Origin: Chthonomonadales bacterium
Lineage (GTDB): Bacteria; Armatimonadota; Chthonomonadetes; Chthonomonadales; CAJBBX01
Direction: 5' to 3'
Assembly (NCBI GenBank): GCA_027459625.1
Contig: DAIDHP010000014.1
Location: 921 to 64,920 of the forward strand
DNA length: 64,000 nucleotides
Positions 30,171-40,404 of the stretch are shown in pieces (positions within the stretch are counted from its first letter, which is position 1; every line of letters begins with the position of its first letter). Below the pieces are notes generated by a model that worked only from the letters and a program-made list of their open reading frames with translations, did no database searches and was not told where the DNA came from. Position numbers and translations under genes: made by a program.

Positions 30171-31292
30171 ATGAGGTGTTGGGAGTGTATGGAGTGTGAA
30201 TATCGTTTCGAGGGGGAGACGGCACCTGATAAATGCCCCATCTGCGATGAACTTCGTGAATCTTTTGTGGAGACTCATCCCATTAAACTGGATCAAAAGG
30301 ATAAACTGCTCTTAAACGAAATTCAATCCAGCGTTCCTTTATCGGAAAGACCCTTTCTGGAAATAGGCCGCTTATTGTCGTTATCCGAGACGGATGTGAT
30401 TGAACGTATAAGGCGATTGAAATCGGGGGCGATAAGGCAGATATCCGCGATATTTGATTCGAGGAGTATTGGATATCGCAGCACCTTGGTGGCCTTTAAA
30501 TTGAAAGCGGATCATCTGGAGGAGGGGGCGAGGGTCGTCAGCAGCCATCCGGGTGTGAGCCACAATTATAGACGGAACCACCCCTTCAATCTCTGGTTCA
30601 CTCTCACTATTCCAGGCACGGCGAGCTTGGAAGGGGAAGTGGATAGGCTTAAACGAAAAAGCGGCGCCGAATTGTCGATCATTCTGCCAACCATCAAGCT
30701 GTTCAAAATTGGTGTGAAACTGGATACGCTGGGCGAAGAGCCTGCGACGCGCAAGGAGAAAGGTCCCGTCGTCAAGGGCTTTAGAGAGGCTCAAAAGCTA
30801 ACGGACATAGAGATCAGCGCTATTCGGGCGTTGCAAAGAGATTTGCCCTTGATTGAGGAGCCCTTTCATAATATTGCGGAGAGGTACGGCGAGGGATTAA
30901 CGCAAAATGAGCTTTTCGAAATGGCGAGGGATTTTCAAGCGCGAGGCGTAATGCGACGATATAGCGCGGTCTTAAGACACCGTAGCGCGGGTTTTTCCGC
31001 AAACGCCATGGGCGTATGGGTTATTCCAGACGAACGGATGGAGGAGATTGGGAATATGATGGCGGAATACGCCGCAGTAAGCCACTGCTATCAACGACCC
31101 GCCTATCCCCCAGACTGGCCCTTCAATATGTTTTCAATGGTGCATGGGCGAAGCGTGGAGGAGTGCGAATCCGTACTCGATGACATTTCACGCAAGGCCG
31201 GTATCAGCGATTACGCCAAATTATACAGCACGCGAGAGTATAAAAAGGTCCGGGTGAAATACTTCACCTGGACCCCGGAACAACTGAATTAA
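30171..31292 (+). CDS. Siroheme decarboxylase AhbA-AhbB (NirDL-like) fusion with N-terminal rubredoxin-like domain
   Basis: WECMEC...APDKCPIC; two Lrp/AsnC-like halves with HPGVSHNYRR and VSHCYQR; SD AAGGAG before ATG 30171. Confidence 0.9.
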   Translation: MRCWECMECEYRFEGETAPDKCPICDELRESFVETHPIKLDQKDKLLLNEIQSSVPLSERPFLEIGRLLSLSETDVIERIRRLKSGAIRQISAIFDSRSIGYRSTLVAFKLKADHLEEGARVVSSHPGVSHNYRRNHPFNLWFTLTIPGTASLEGEVDRLKRKSGAELSIILPTIKLFKIGVKLDTLGEEPATRKEKGPVVKGFREAQKLTDIEISAIRALQRDLPLIEEPFHNIAERYGEGLTQNELFEMARDFQARGVMRRYSAVLRHRSAGFSANAMGVWVIPDERMEEIGNMMAEYAAVSHCYQRPAYPPDWPFNMFSMVHGRSVEECESVLDDISRKAGISDYAKLYSTREYKKVRVKYFTWTPEQLN

Positions 31293-31301
31293 TTAGGAAA
31301 A

Positions 31302-31330
31302 GGCTTGCTCCGAGCTAATCGGTGCAAGCC
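31302..31330. terminator. Hairpin between convergent genes
   Basis: GGCTTGCTCCGA-GCTAA-TCGGTGCAAGCC. Confidence 0.6.
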
Positions 31331-31338
31331 GATGTGTC

Positions 31339-34300
31339 CTATTTTATGCGATAATAGATCGCACTCGGAATCGTATTCGCTGTGAATTGAAGCCATCCAT
31401 TGGTTCGTTCAACCGGCACGGTTTTCACAACTTTGTAATCGCTGTTCAACGCCTCCAAAGCCGGAGTAGCTGTGGAGATGTTGAAGTCTTTCTCTTTCAA
31501 GCGTATTGTGAATTGACGAGTGCGAGGGAATGGAATGATGAGCCAGTACCCTGTTTTATCCTTGTTCATCAGGATACTGCCATCCGTTGCCACCTTTCCG
31601 AAATCGACCAAGATCCCCTTAAGATTTACATGTCTCTCCGGTGGGAGAGTACCCTCCTTAATGGATTCTTCAAGAGGAACCGGTTTGAAGCCTATATCGG
31701 CTCCGTTGTTCGACACTGTCAATGTGCCAATCATATAGCGATTGTTACCATCATTCAATCCTGTCAGATTAAGCCTGTTGCCATCCGGCTCCGGATTGTA
31801 CATTCCCGTATACAGAATGTACGAACCATCTTTCAGCGTATCCGGAAGCGTTACGGACACGGGACTTCCAACCATATCCCCGAGGCTCCATTGACTTGGA
31901 GATGAGGCGATACCCGAGGAGGTCTGCAGAACGATACCCTCATTCGCGCTATCCTGCGGGTTTGTCAGATGGATGAAAATCACGTATCCTTGCGGCAACT
32001 TATCCTTGGTGCGCCAAGCGTATGTGATGTCGAATTGGCGAGGACCTGTTTGGTGGAAGGACGGAACATAGGGCGTCGCTTCCCAAATATGCGGTCTGGT
32101 TTGCATATCCGTTCGGGAGTTCGCGAATATCATATTTGGGGTTTCCAAATAGTCGGACACCACTCCGTCCCGGATTGCGGTTGCGGCGAACAGATTTTTG
32201 CCTTTGACCTCCCAACCGTATTGAGGCAACTCCGCTCCGACATTCCAATGCTGTTTTGCGCCATTCGCCCAAACGCGTAGTCCGTCGTTATATTGCACGT
32301 AAACGCGATTAAGAGGATCATCCGCGGCGATAGCCTGCTCTATTGGGAGCATCCTGCCATGGACATCGTAAAGGATTAACGATGCCTTGGCCGTTGCATA
32401 CTGCGATGTGATCGGCCATAGTAGATTGTGCTCCTCCCATACGAATGGGAGATTTTTATAAAATTGCCCTGCAACGAAGCCAGCGTGCCCATATGCGATC
32501 TCCTGCATTCGATACTGATCCAAGGTTTTCGCATCCGGAACGCGATGCTGCCAGTCTCCTGTGTAACCCGAGGCGAGCCATCGTTCAATATAGCCCATTC
32601 CATGGTTGAATTGCAGGGGATGAATGCGATCCAGGTCAAAGTTCACGAAGAGGGGCGCTGTCTGTCCTTGATTTGCGGGCCATCCCACTCCGAACTGCGC
32701 CTCCACTCCGTCCAGCAATCCGCTCCAATACCAATGGTTTGCACCTTCGCCGAGAACGGGGCCGTGATGCACTTCGCGGAAGAGCTTCCACAGGTTCTTA
32801 TGCGCTTCTAAAACAGTATGGAATTTACCGGCGCCCGGGACATTCGCTCGGAAATCCACATGGAACCACGGGGGAACGGCGGAGTGAACGTCGAGATAAC
32901 TCATGTTGGGATGAAGTTCTTTTTGAACTTGGGGTGTGATCATCCTCGCATAATGCAATATCTCCGTGGGCGCCATCGCGTAGGATTGTATGAGGTTCTT
33001 CCATGCGGGGATCAGGTTACCATTTGAATCTCTGGCGACGTTGTTCACATCATACAGAGCCGCGTTCGGGTAGAAGTCCACGTAATTCTCATGAACACCA
33101 ATCAGTTCCCCCAACTTTTCGGCGGTGGAAATCCACGATCTCAATCCTGCGTTGCCGCCCAAATCCGCGTTTGCGGGCAGTGTGTTAGGAAGCTTGTTGT
33201 CGTAACCGCCATTTTGCCATACATGAACGATTGTGGCGAAATGAGTGAGATGATAACTCGCCAATGTGTTTAACCACTCCCCGTTCTCCTTGAAATTCCC
33301 GCCCCAGGTATCCAAAATAACCTTGTTCGAAAGCAGTTTGCGATAGGGTGATGGCGGATTGGGCGGCGCGGGGAGAACATCCTTCAGGATCGGGGAAACG
33401 AGAAAATCGCCTACTTCATACACCGGATTGCGAATACCCGATGTCAGTGGGAGGTATTCGGCGGTGTATCCATTCAAATCGCTCGCTTGGGATACGGTGT
33501 AATCGATATAAGTGTTGGCGAATAGCATTTTATCCGGCATGTAAATCACGTTTCCGTAGTAGGGCACGGATATGGTTTTCCTATAATCCAGCGGTCCGAA
33601 TGTTCCGAAATGCACGGCTGAGATATGATGAGAGTCGGAATGAATGATCGCTCGGATTGTGTACGGGGGTATGAATTTCAAAGTGGCTGTGACGTTAACG
33701 GGCTTCCCGTTAACGACGTATTTCGCCACTCTTTTAACTTCATTTTTCGTGGTTTCAGGATATTGCACTATCGTTTTTCTTAAGTTTGAATCCTTGGAGG
33801 ATTGGAGGGCGTTGAAATCAATGGCGGACCCCAAACCCACATCTATGCGCTCACCGGCTGATTTCATCGAGATCCCTTGCAGTAAATCGCTGGGATGCGG
33901 AGAGAAGCGAACGGTCACCGCTGATTCATTCCATTTTAAATGAGGAGTGAATTTACCGGATCCATTTACGACTATCTCTCTGTCACCCCATAGGGCGAAA
34001 TCAAAGCTCGGATCATGCTTAGGCCCGGGATCGGTTTCAAAACGGAGTTCGATCGTTTGTCCAGCGTACGGGGTAAGGTCAAACTGATAGTCTGTCCATT
34101 TTGAGTCCTTTTTAAGCCGGTACATTATCTGCTTGTTGTTAAGATACACGTGAAAACCGACGCCGTCGGATTTCCCAGGTTGCGCCGCTTCATCGCTGAG
34201 CGCCACCGCGAAACGGAAATACACGTTTTTCGCCTTGGGCAGGCGCAAGTCAAAGATTTGATTGGAAACCCCGGTTCCGTTTCTCCAGGGAGGATGAAGG

Positions 34301-34563
34301 AGGAACGCCTGTTTTCCGTTTTGTATTCCAAATGGCATACAGGCGACCCCCGTTGTGTCGTCGAAATAGGAAACCCAGCCTACGGGCATCTTCCCGCTTG
34401 ATCCCCCGTAATATTGATAAGTCACATTGTATACGCCAATATCATCAAGGCGATTAACCCCGTTATGCAGGGGAACAGCGCTCAGTGCGAAGGAACGGAG
34501 GGAGTAGAGAAAGAGTAGCGGAAGAAGAATGGAAAAAGTCATTAGGATACGTTTATATCGCAT
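31339..34563 (-). CDS. Large secreted putative glycoside hydrolase (DUF5696/GH101-129-like barrel plus beta-sandwich domains)
   Basis: Signal peptide; NPCBM-like N-terminal domain; HVWQ..GYDN, HENYVD, YLDVHSA and GPVLGEG motifs. Confidence 0.6.
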   Translation of the reverse strand: MRYKRILMTFSILLPLLFLYSLRSFALSAVPLHNGVNRLDDIGVYNVTYQYYGGSSGKMPVGWVSYFDDTTGVACMPFGIQNGKQAFLLHPPWRNGTGVSNQIFDLRLPKAKNVYFRFAVALSDEAAQPGKSDGVGFHVYLNNKQIMYRLKKDSKWTDYQFDLTPYAGQTIELRFETDPGPKHDPSFDFALWGDREIVVNGSGKFTPHLKWNESAVTVRFSPHPSDLLQGISMKSAGERIDVGLGSAIDFNALQSSKDSNLRKTIVQYPETTKNEVKRVAKYVVNGKPVNVTATLKFIPPYTIRAIIHSDSHHISAVHFGTFGPLDYRKTISVPYYGNVIYMPDKMLFANTYIDYTVSQASDLNGYTAEYLPLTSGIRNPVYEVGDFLVSPILKDVLPAPPNPPSPYRKLLSNKVILDTWGGNFKENGEWLNTLASYHLTHFATIVHVWQNGGYDNKLPNTLPANADLGGNAGLRSWISTAEKLGELIGVHENYVDFYPNAALYDVNNVARDSNGNLIPAWKNLIQSYAMAPTEILHYARMITPQVQKELHPNMSYLDVHSAVPPWFHVDFRANVPGAGKFHTVLEAHKNLWKLFREVHHGPVLGEGANHWYWSGLLDGVEAQFGVGWPANQGQTAPLFVNFDLDRIHPLQFNHGMGYIERWLASGYTGDWQHRVPDAKTLDQYRMQEIAYGHAGFVAGQFYKNLPFVWEEHNLLWPITSQYATAKASLILYDVHGRMLPIEQAIAADDPLNRVYVQYNDGLRVWANGAKQHWNVGAELPQYGWEVKGKNLFAATAIRDGVVSDYLETPNMIFANSRTDMQTRPHIWEATPYVPSFHQTGPRQFDITYAWRTKDKLPQGYVIFIHLTNPQDSANEGIVLQTSSGIASSPSQWSLGDMVGSPVSVTLPDTLKDGSYILYTGMYNPEPDGNRLNLTGLNDGNNRYMIGTLTVSNNGADIGFKPVPLEESIKEGTLPPERHVNLKGILVDFGKVATDGSILMNKDKTGYWLIIPFPRTRQFTIRLKEKDFNISTATPALEALNSDYKVVKTVPVERTNGWLQFTANTIPSAIYYRIK

Positions 34564-34681
34564 AGGTCGCCTCCGAAAATTAGTGGAATCAGATGGGTCA
34601 TGGGTTACCATTCAATCAAAAGCGTAACTTGCATCCCGTGGGAATTCAGTCAGTCCATAAATATCATTGAATGCGAAAGCC

Positions 34682-36970
34682 TCACTTGAAGGGGTTGTCA
34701 TCAAACATACGGTCAACCTCATCCCGGGAGATGAGTATCTCTCTTGGTTTCGCCCCATCCGGCGGACCGACAATTCCTCGGTCCTGCATATTATCGATGA
34801 GTCGCGCAGCCCTGGTATAGCCTATTTTAAACCGTCTTTGAAGCATAGAAGTGGAGGCTTGACCATTCAATACTACCAATTTCACTGCCGCTTCGAAAAA
34901 TTCATCATCCTCCTCGCCGTCCGGATCATTGGAGAACCCGCCGCTTGACGCTCCCACGTCCACGGGCGTAAGAGTGTAGTTCGACGATGTTTTTCTCTCC
35001 TTGAGATATTTCACCAAGTCGTTAGTTTCCTGCTCCGAGAGGAAACACCCCTGCATTCTTATGGGCTTCATCGCGTCAATCGGCATAAAGAGCATATCCC
35101 CTCTTCCGATTAGGCGTTCCGCGCCTGTTTGATCTAAAATGGTTCTGCTATCGACTTGACTCGAAACCGCGAATGCAATGCGGGAGGAGATGTTCGCTTT
35201 GATTAAACCGGTGATCACGTCCACCGACGGACGCTGCGTGGCGATGACCAGGTGTATGCCCGTGGCGCGCGCCAATTGCGCCAAACGACAGATGGATGTT
35301 TCGATCTCCGCAGCGGCTTGCATCATCAAATCGGCGAGTTCATCCACTACAATTACCAGATACGGCAGTCGTTCCTCGGTATCCACTTTTGAATTGTAGC
35401 CATCGATATTGCGCGTGCCAATTCGCGCGAATAGATCGTATCTATGGTCCATCTCCTTCAACGCTGCGCGAAAGATTCCCGCCGCCTGTTTTACATCCTT
35501 CACCACGGGGTGCATCAGATGGGGGATTCCATCCCAGAGGGATAACTCCACTCGTTTGGGGTCGATCATGATCAATTGAACCTCATCGGGAGTGGCGCGA
35601 AATAGCATGGTGGCGATGAGCACGTTCAGACAGACGGATTTGCCTGAGTTCGTGGAGCCGCCGATCAAAAGATGTGGCATCTTGGTGAGATCTGCGAAGC
35701 GCGTGGCTCCTGCGACATCCTTGCCCAACGCGAAGGTGAGCTTGCTCGCTTTTTTCAGTTCAGGGGATTCCAAGCACTCTTTGAGGGTCACAATGCTCGG
35801 CGTTGCGTTTGGCACCTCAACGCCAATGGCGGATTTACCGGGGATTGGCGCCTCCACTCTTACATTAATCGCCGCGAGAGCCATCGCGAGGTTATCGGCG
35901 AGAGATGCGATTTTGCTCACCTTTATGCCAGGGGCGAGTTGAATTTCATATCGGGTGATCGTTGGACCATGTGCGATTTCAACCACGTTCGAACCGATGT
36001 TGAATTGATCCAGAGTCTGTTCCAATATCCGAATCTTATCGGCGAGTTCCTGCTGGGATCGTTTTGGCGGTTGCACGGGATCCTTGAGTAGGGATATAGG
36101 TGGGAGTTCAAAGGAATCCGATCCTGTGGAGTGGTCATGAGAATTCGCCGCCGCCTTGGATCGTTCCGAAGAGAGAACGATATCCGTATCAGACTCTTTT
36201 TCCGACGTGGCATGGTAGGGGTCTTGGAGGGGCAGCGTGAGTTGGGTTCCATCGTCGGGGACGGATTTACCAGAAAGCTTGGGAAACAGGCGGATACGCT
36301 TTGGTTTTGACTCCTTGTCGTTTTGCGGCGCCAATGGGGAAGCGGCGGTCTCCTCAGGCGCTATCAACGGATTAGAATCCGGATTCTTTCTTCGTAAACT
36401 CACTTCCCCACCGCCGATGCGCTTTTTAACCGCATTCACCCCTATGTCCGCCGGTTTTCGCAGATAGGCGAGAAGCTCGATGAACGGTTTGTCCACCAAT
36501 AAAACGACGGAGATGCACGCCATGAATATTAAAATCACATATGATGTAATTAACCCGAAAAGTCGATAAAAAATAACTCCAAAAACCGCCCCTATAATTC
36601 CGCCCGCAGGAAGGAAATGGTTGGTATCAAAGGATACGTCATGCAACGCAACGGGAGTGGTGATGTGCCTCCAAATCACATAGGTGAAAAAAAGGAGTAT
36701 GGATCCCAACGTGGAATGGGTGAAACTGAGACGATCATAACCAATGAGGAACATCGCTCCCACATACATGGCGATGATAGGGGGCAGGTACGCGCCCGTG
36801 CCGGCGACTAAGCGCAAAGAGTAATCGATGAACGGGGGGATCACTCCGTTTTGAGGCCATGTGAGGGCTAGGAAACTGACTACTCCGATGAAAAAAAGGA
36901 GTAAACCGAAAATATCAGATTTTCTTCTGCTGCGTGAATCCGACGCGTTCATTTGTTTGGTTCGAATCAT
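34682..36970 (-). CDS. ftsK: DNA translocase FtsK
   Basis: N-terminal 4TM; PHLLIGGSTNSGKS, IDPKRVEL, VDELADLM, ATQRPSVDV; gamma domain LQRRFKIGY.RAARL. Confidence 0.97.
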   Translation of the reverse strand: MIRTKQMNASDSRSRRKSDIFGLLLFFIGVVSFLALTWPQNGVIPPFIDYSLRLVAGTGAYLPPIIAMYVGAMFLIGYDRLSFTHSTLGSILLFFTYVIWRHITTPVALHDVSFDTNHFLPAGGIIGAVFGVIFYRLFGLITSYVILIFMACISVVLLVDKPFIELLAYLRKPADIGVNAVKKRIGGGEVSLRRKNPDSNPLIAPEETAASPLAPQNDKESKPKRIRLFPKLSGKSVPDDGTQLTLPLQDPYHATSEKESDTDIVLSSERSKAAANSHDHSTGSDSFELPPISLLKDPVQPPKRSQQELADKIRILEQTLDQFNIGSNVVEIAHGPTITRYEIQLAPGIKVSKIASLADNLAMALAAINVRVEAPIPGKSAIGVEVPNATPSIVTLKECLESPELKKASKLTFALGKDVAGATRFADLTKMPHLLIGGSTNSGKSVCLNVLIATMLFRATPDEVQLIMIDPKRVELSLWDGIPHLMHPVVKDVKQAAGIFRAALKEMDHRYDLFARIGTRNIDGYNSKVDTEERLPYLVIVVDELADLMMQAAAEIETSICRLAQLARATGIHLVIATQRPSVDVITGLIKANISSRIAFAVSSQVDSRTILDQTGAERLIGRGDMLFMPIDAMKPIRMQGCFLSEQETNDLVKYLKERKTSSNYTLTPVDVGASSGGFSNDPDGEEDDEFFEAAVKLVVLNGQASTSMLQRRFKIGYTRAARLIDNMQDRGIVGPPDGAKPREILISRDEVDRMFDDNPFK

Positions 36971-37023
36971 CGTTTACACTATGCAAATGCCGAGAGATGA
37001 GATGTTAAATTCCTTCTCAACCG

Positions 37024-37110
37024 AGGTAATGGCAATGTTCGGTAAATGAGGTTAGTCTCACACTTTTTACGCTTGGAGCCATACTCGCAAGATGAATTGT
37101 GCAATTACCT
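37024..37110. repeat. Copy of dispersed ~85-bp TIR element
   Basis: AGGTAATGGCAATGTTC ... GAATTGTGCAATTACCT; ACTCGCAAGA shared with the reverse complement of the 16079 copy. Confidence 0.65.
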
Positions 37111-37289
37111 AAACCAGCAATACATAAAGCGAGTGTCGATCACCTATAATGCGTCCATCGACGTCCGAGGACATTCGTTGGAAATTATCAAGCGATTTAT
37201 GCAATTGCGCATCATTTTAAATTATATCAAATGAGTGGGAATAGGTCAATTGACGCACTGAAATAGTACAAGCCGGGAACTATGAAATT

Positions 37290-37372
37290 AATAAATTGCA
37301 AAATCATATTGGTGATTGACACGCATGGCTATTGGCGTGTGAAAGAGACATTACGATGCTTTTACAATCATA
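37290..37372. repeat. Degenerate copy of the ~85-bp TIR element
   Basis: AATTGCAAAATCAT ... ATGCTTTTACAATC; interior ATGGCT..GCGT..GAGAC resembles the reversed 37024 copy. Confidence 0.45.
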
Positions 37373-38080
37373 TCACTCGGGAATATATAGCATTCTGCCG
37401 CAATTATCACAAAAAACGATCTCTTCGCTATCCTTGATACGTCGGATGACAGAGTTCCTCAATGTGGTGTGACAGGCGCTGCAGGATTCCGTTTCGATTT
37501 TCCCTATACCGATTCCAGCTTTGCCGGAGCGAAGTGACTCATATTTTTTGAGCATTGCCGAATTGATGGTCGGCGTCAGTTTTTCACGTTCAGCTTTTAG
37601 GTTTCTCGCCTCGCTAGCCAGAATTGACACTTCCTTTTTGTACTCGCTCTCTTTTTTCTTGTAATTTTGTTCGACTTCCATAAGGTGGGCGGTTAACTCT
37701 TTTTCCTTATTCTTATTCGCCTCCGCCTCATCCATCATAAGGAGAATTTTTTCGTCAAGACGGCTACGTTGTTTTTTCAAAGACTCGATCTCTTTTTCCA
37801 ACGCCGCCAACTCCTTTGGGTTGGATACTCTTCCTCCGTAAAGGCTCTTATGGCATTCCTTCTCCTTTGCCTCGATATTGGCAAGTTCGAGTTCGGCGTC
37901 TTTGATATCCCGCTGCAAATTCTTAAAGGATGTTTGGAAGGTTTCGTTCTGTTTTAGAGTTTCGTCATAGAGAGCCTTAAGCGCGGAGCCGTTATCCAGT
38001 TCGTGATAACGCTTGTTCAAATAGGCGATGCGGCTGTCGATCTGCTGCAGTTGGTAAAGGTCTTTTAGCGAGGAATTCAT
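37373..38080 (-). CDS. Coiled-coil protein with C4 zinc ribbon (DUF164)
   Basis: L..LQQIDS.I, long coiled coil, CSACH...FCDNCGRMLY. Confidence 0.92.
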   Translation of the reverse strand: MNSSLKDLYQLQQIDSRIAYLNKRYHELDNGSALKALYDETLKQNETFQTSFKNLQRDIKDAELELANIEAKEKECHKSLYGGRVSNPKELAALEKEIESLKKQRSRLDEKILLMMDEAEANKNKEKELTAHLMEVEQNYKKKESEYKKEVSILASEARNLKAEREKLTPTINSAMLKKYESLRSGKAGIGIGKIETESCSACHTTLRNSVIRRIKDSEEIVFCDNCGRMLYIPE

Positions 38081-38278
38081 TATGTTGATACTCCTTCAAT
38101 GACATTTTAGCAAAGACCGGTGCCTGAAGTCAAATCACGCGCATCTGGAAATCATGGAAATCTGAGGGTATAGTCTGATAATCGCAAAATTCAGATCACG
38201 CAGGGCATCAAGTTCGATAAACCGGATGAGCTTGCGAATGCCCCTAGTAATTCGATTAAACGCTTAGGCTTGCTATGA

Positions 38279-39046
38279 ATGGGAAGCGGATCAATGGTTA
38301 AATCATTGCAACTGGATAGATTCACGATAAAGACCGACGGGGCAACGATATCTTGTCTGCATTATTCCCCGCCTGTTACTAAAAGCCGTTTTTGCGTCGT
38401 GTTGTCGCACGGATTGACATCATCAAAGGAGAGTATGGACGTATTGGCATCCTATCTGGCTGAAAAGGGGTTTCCGACCGTGACCCATGATTTTCGAGGG
38501 CATAAGTTAGGCGGAAGCACGGGCGAGTTGCATCAAGTGATGGATCTCGTCTTGGATACGGTCGCTGTGTGCAATATCGCAATGCATCGAACCGGTTTGC
38601 ATTTTGTGGTTCCTATCGGGCACTCCATGGGCGGAATCATAAGCCTTGCGGTTTTGCATGGCATTAAAAACGCGATTGGGGTTGGAGTGATCGCTTCCGG
38701 ACCGGAACCGATAAAAGGGTTTCAAGGCATGGCGGGACAGTCCCTTCTGCGACAGCGAGCCGATTATATCGAGGGGATTTCCCCGGAAACGGCGCTGAAA
38801 GAGCTTGGAGACCTTTATGCAGGCATGACTCCGTCGAAGAATCATCCCGCATTATTCGTCGCCGCGAAAGATGATTTTTTCGCGAAATCCAAGCCGATTC
38901 TCGCCATGGTTGAAAAGCATGGCAAGCGCGCGGAATATGCCGAGGTGGATGGCGCTCATTTGGAGGCGCCCTTGCGTTCGCGAGGCGTTGTGACACGCTG
39001 GCTCGAAAAGACCTTCGAATCCCTTCCATATCCACAAGTGAAGTGA
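38279..39046 (+). CDS. Alpha/beta hydrolase
   Basis: HGL, DFRGH, GHSMGG nucleophile elbow, late Asp and His. Confidence 0.88.
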   Translation: MGSGSMVKSLQLDRFTIKTDGATISCLHYSPPVTKSRFCVVLSHGLTSSKESMDVLASYLAEKGFPTVTHDFRGHKLGGSTGELHQVMDLVLDTVAVCNIAMHRTGLHFVVPIGHSMGGIISLAVLHGIKNAIGVGVIASGPEPIKGFQGMAGQSLLRQRADYIEGISPETALKELGDLYAGMTPSKNHPALFVAAKDDFFAKSKPILAMVEKHGKRAEYAEVDGAHLEAPLRSRGVVTRWLEKTFESLPYPQVK

Positions 39047-39059
39047 GTGAATCCTCCGT

Positions 39060-40103
39060 ATGAAATCAGTTATGCTTGTTGGCAAGCGAAGCATTGAAAT
39101 TCGCGATATCCCCGTGCCTAACCTGAACGCAGGGGAGGCGTTGATTGAAGTGGAATACGTTGGCGTTTGCGGGGCGGAGATCAGTTGGTGGGCGTCTGCC
39201 GGAGATTCCTCGGGGCTGCCGTGCGTCCTAGGGCATGAGTTTTCCGGAATAATCACGAGTATCCATGGAGATGGAGAGGGCTTCATCGTTGGGGACAGGG
39301 TAACCGCCGATCCTTTGATTGCCTGCGGTAAGTGTTCTTATTGCTTGCGAAGACAAACAAATCTTTGTGATAGCTTGAAATTAATGGGGCTTTACGGATA
39401 TCCCGGAGTTTTTTGCGAATACGTCTCCCTGCCTTTAAACCGTCTTTATGCGATATCCGCCCAAGCAAGCGCAAGGAATAGCGTTTTAGCGGAGCCTATT
39501 GCATCAAGCGTCCATCTTCTGCGCCTCATTTCTCCGAATTTGCCGAAGGATGCTAAAATCGCCATATTCGGCGCTGGCATGCAGGGGATTATTTGTCTCA
39601 ATCTGGTGAGAATCAACGGTTGGAGCAATGTGGCGATGGTGGATGTGGATGAAGATCGTTTGCAAATCGCCAATGAACAAGGTGCGTCCCTAATCGTCAA
39701 TTCCTTAAGAGAGGATTCCATCGATCTTTTGAAGCGGTGGACGGACGGTGCGGGCGTCGAGGTCGGTATCGATGCATCGCGGTCCGGTGACGTCAGAGGG
39801 CGGCTTTTACGAGTTATGGCGAAAGGTGGAACCATTCTTTTGCTTGGAATGAATGATACGATCGTCGAGGCGGATTTCAGATTGGCCGTGGAGCGCGAGC
39901 TGAAAATACAAGGCTCGTTCGGATATTGTGCGCAGGATTTTGCAACGGCGGTACAATATATATGCGACGGACATATTTCGATGGACAGGTTCATCCGCCG
40001 GTTGCCGTTTGCCGAGGCGATAAACGCATACGCTCTCTCATCGCAATTCGGGGGAGAGTATCTGAAAACCGTAGTGTGCATGAAAAATACGGGTTTATCC
40101 TAA
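39060..40103 (+). CDS. Zinc-dependent (MDR) sugar-alcohol/threonine dehydrogenase-like protein
   Basis: GVCG, GHEFSG, CGKCSYC...NLC and GAGMQG motifs. Confidence 0.9.
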   Translation: MKSVMLVGKRSIEIRDIPVPNLNAGEALIEVEYVGVCGAEISWWASAGDSSGLPCVLGHEFSGIITSIHGDGEGFIVGDRVTADPLIACGKCSYCLRRQTNLCDSLKLMGLYGYPGVFCEYVSLPLNRLYAISAQASARNSVLAEPIASSVHLLRLISPNLPKDAKIAIFGAGMQGIICLNLVRINGWSNVAMVDVDEDRLQIANEQGASLIVNSLREDSIDLLKRWTDGAGVEVGIDASRSGDVRGRLLRVMAKGGTILLLGMNDTIVEADFRLAVERELKIQGSFGYCAQDFATAVQYICDGHISMDRFIRRLPFAEAINAYALSSQFGGEYLKTVVCMKNTGLS

Positions 40104-40404
40104 CTTTTTAAGTGCGCGCCACCTAAAATGAATTAACGCACAAGTTCCCGATTCCATGTGGAAAGGGAGTATCAGGCGATTAAATTCGAGTGATTGCGTG
40201 TGGCTGCGAATCACTTCTAATAAAACATCTCGGAAGATGAAGTAAGGAATACTTCCATGACAGGTTTATAGGAACCTGCCATAAACGTTTCTTCCAAATG
40301 TGGTTTCTTGTCACAAACTCATGTCTGATTGTTTTTAACGATCATCAAATCTTAAATAAGGGATAGGGGATATTTGACATGAGACCGCATGGATTGGATT
40401 TTTT

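Noticed and set aside
36971-37372. RNase P RNA, often found near DUF164 genes
   Set aside because: No GAGGAAAGTCC or CAGAA.CCGGCTTA signature; the region is largely explained by two TIR elements
38202-38243. Hairpin GGGCAT-CAAGTTC..GAGCTTG..ATGCCC resembling a fluoride riboswitch
   Set aside because: Lacks GGCGATGG and the pseudoknot partner
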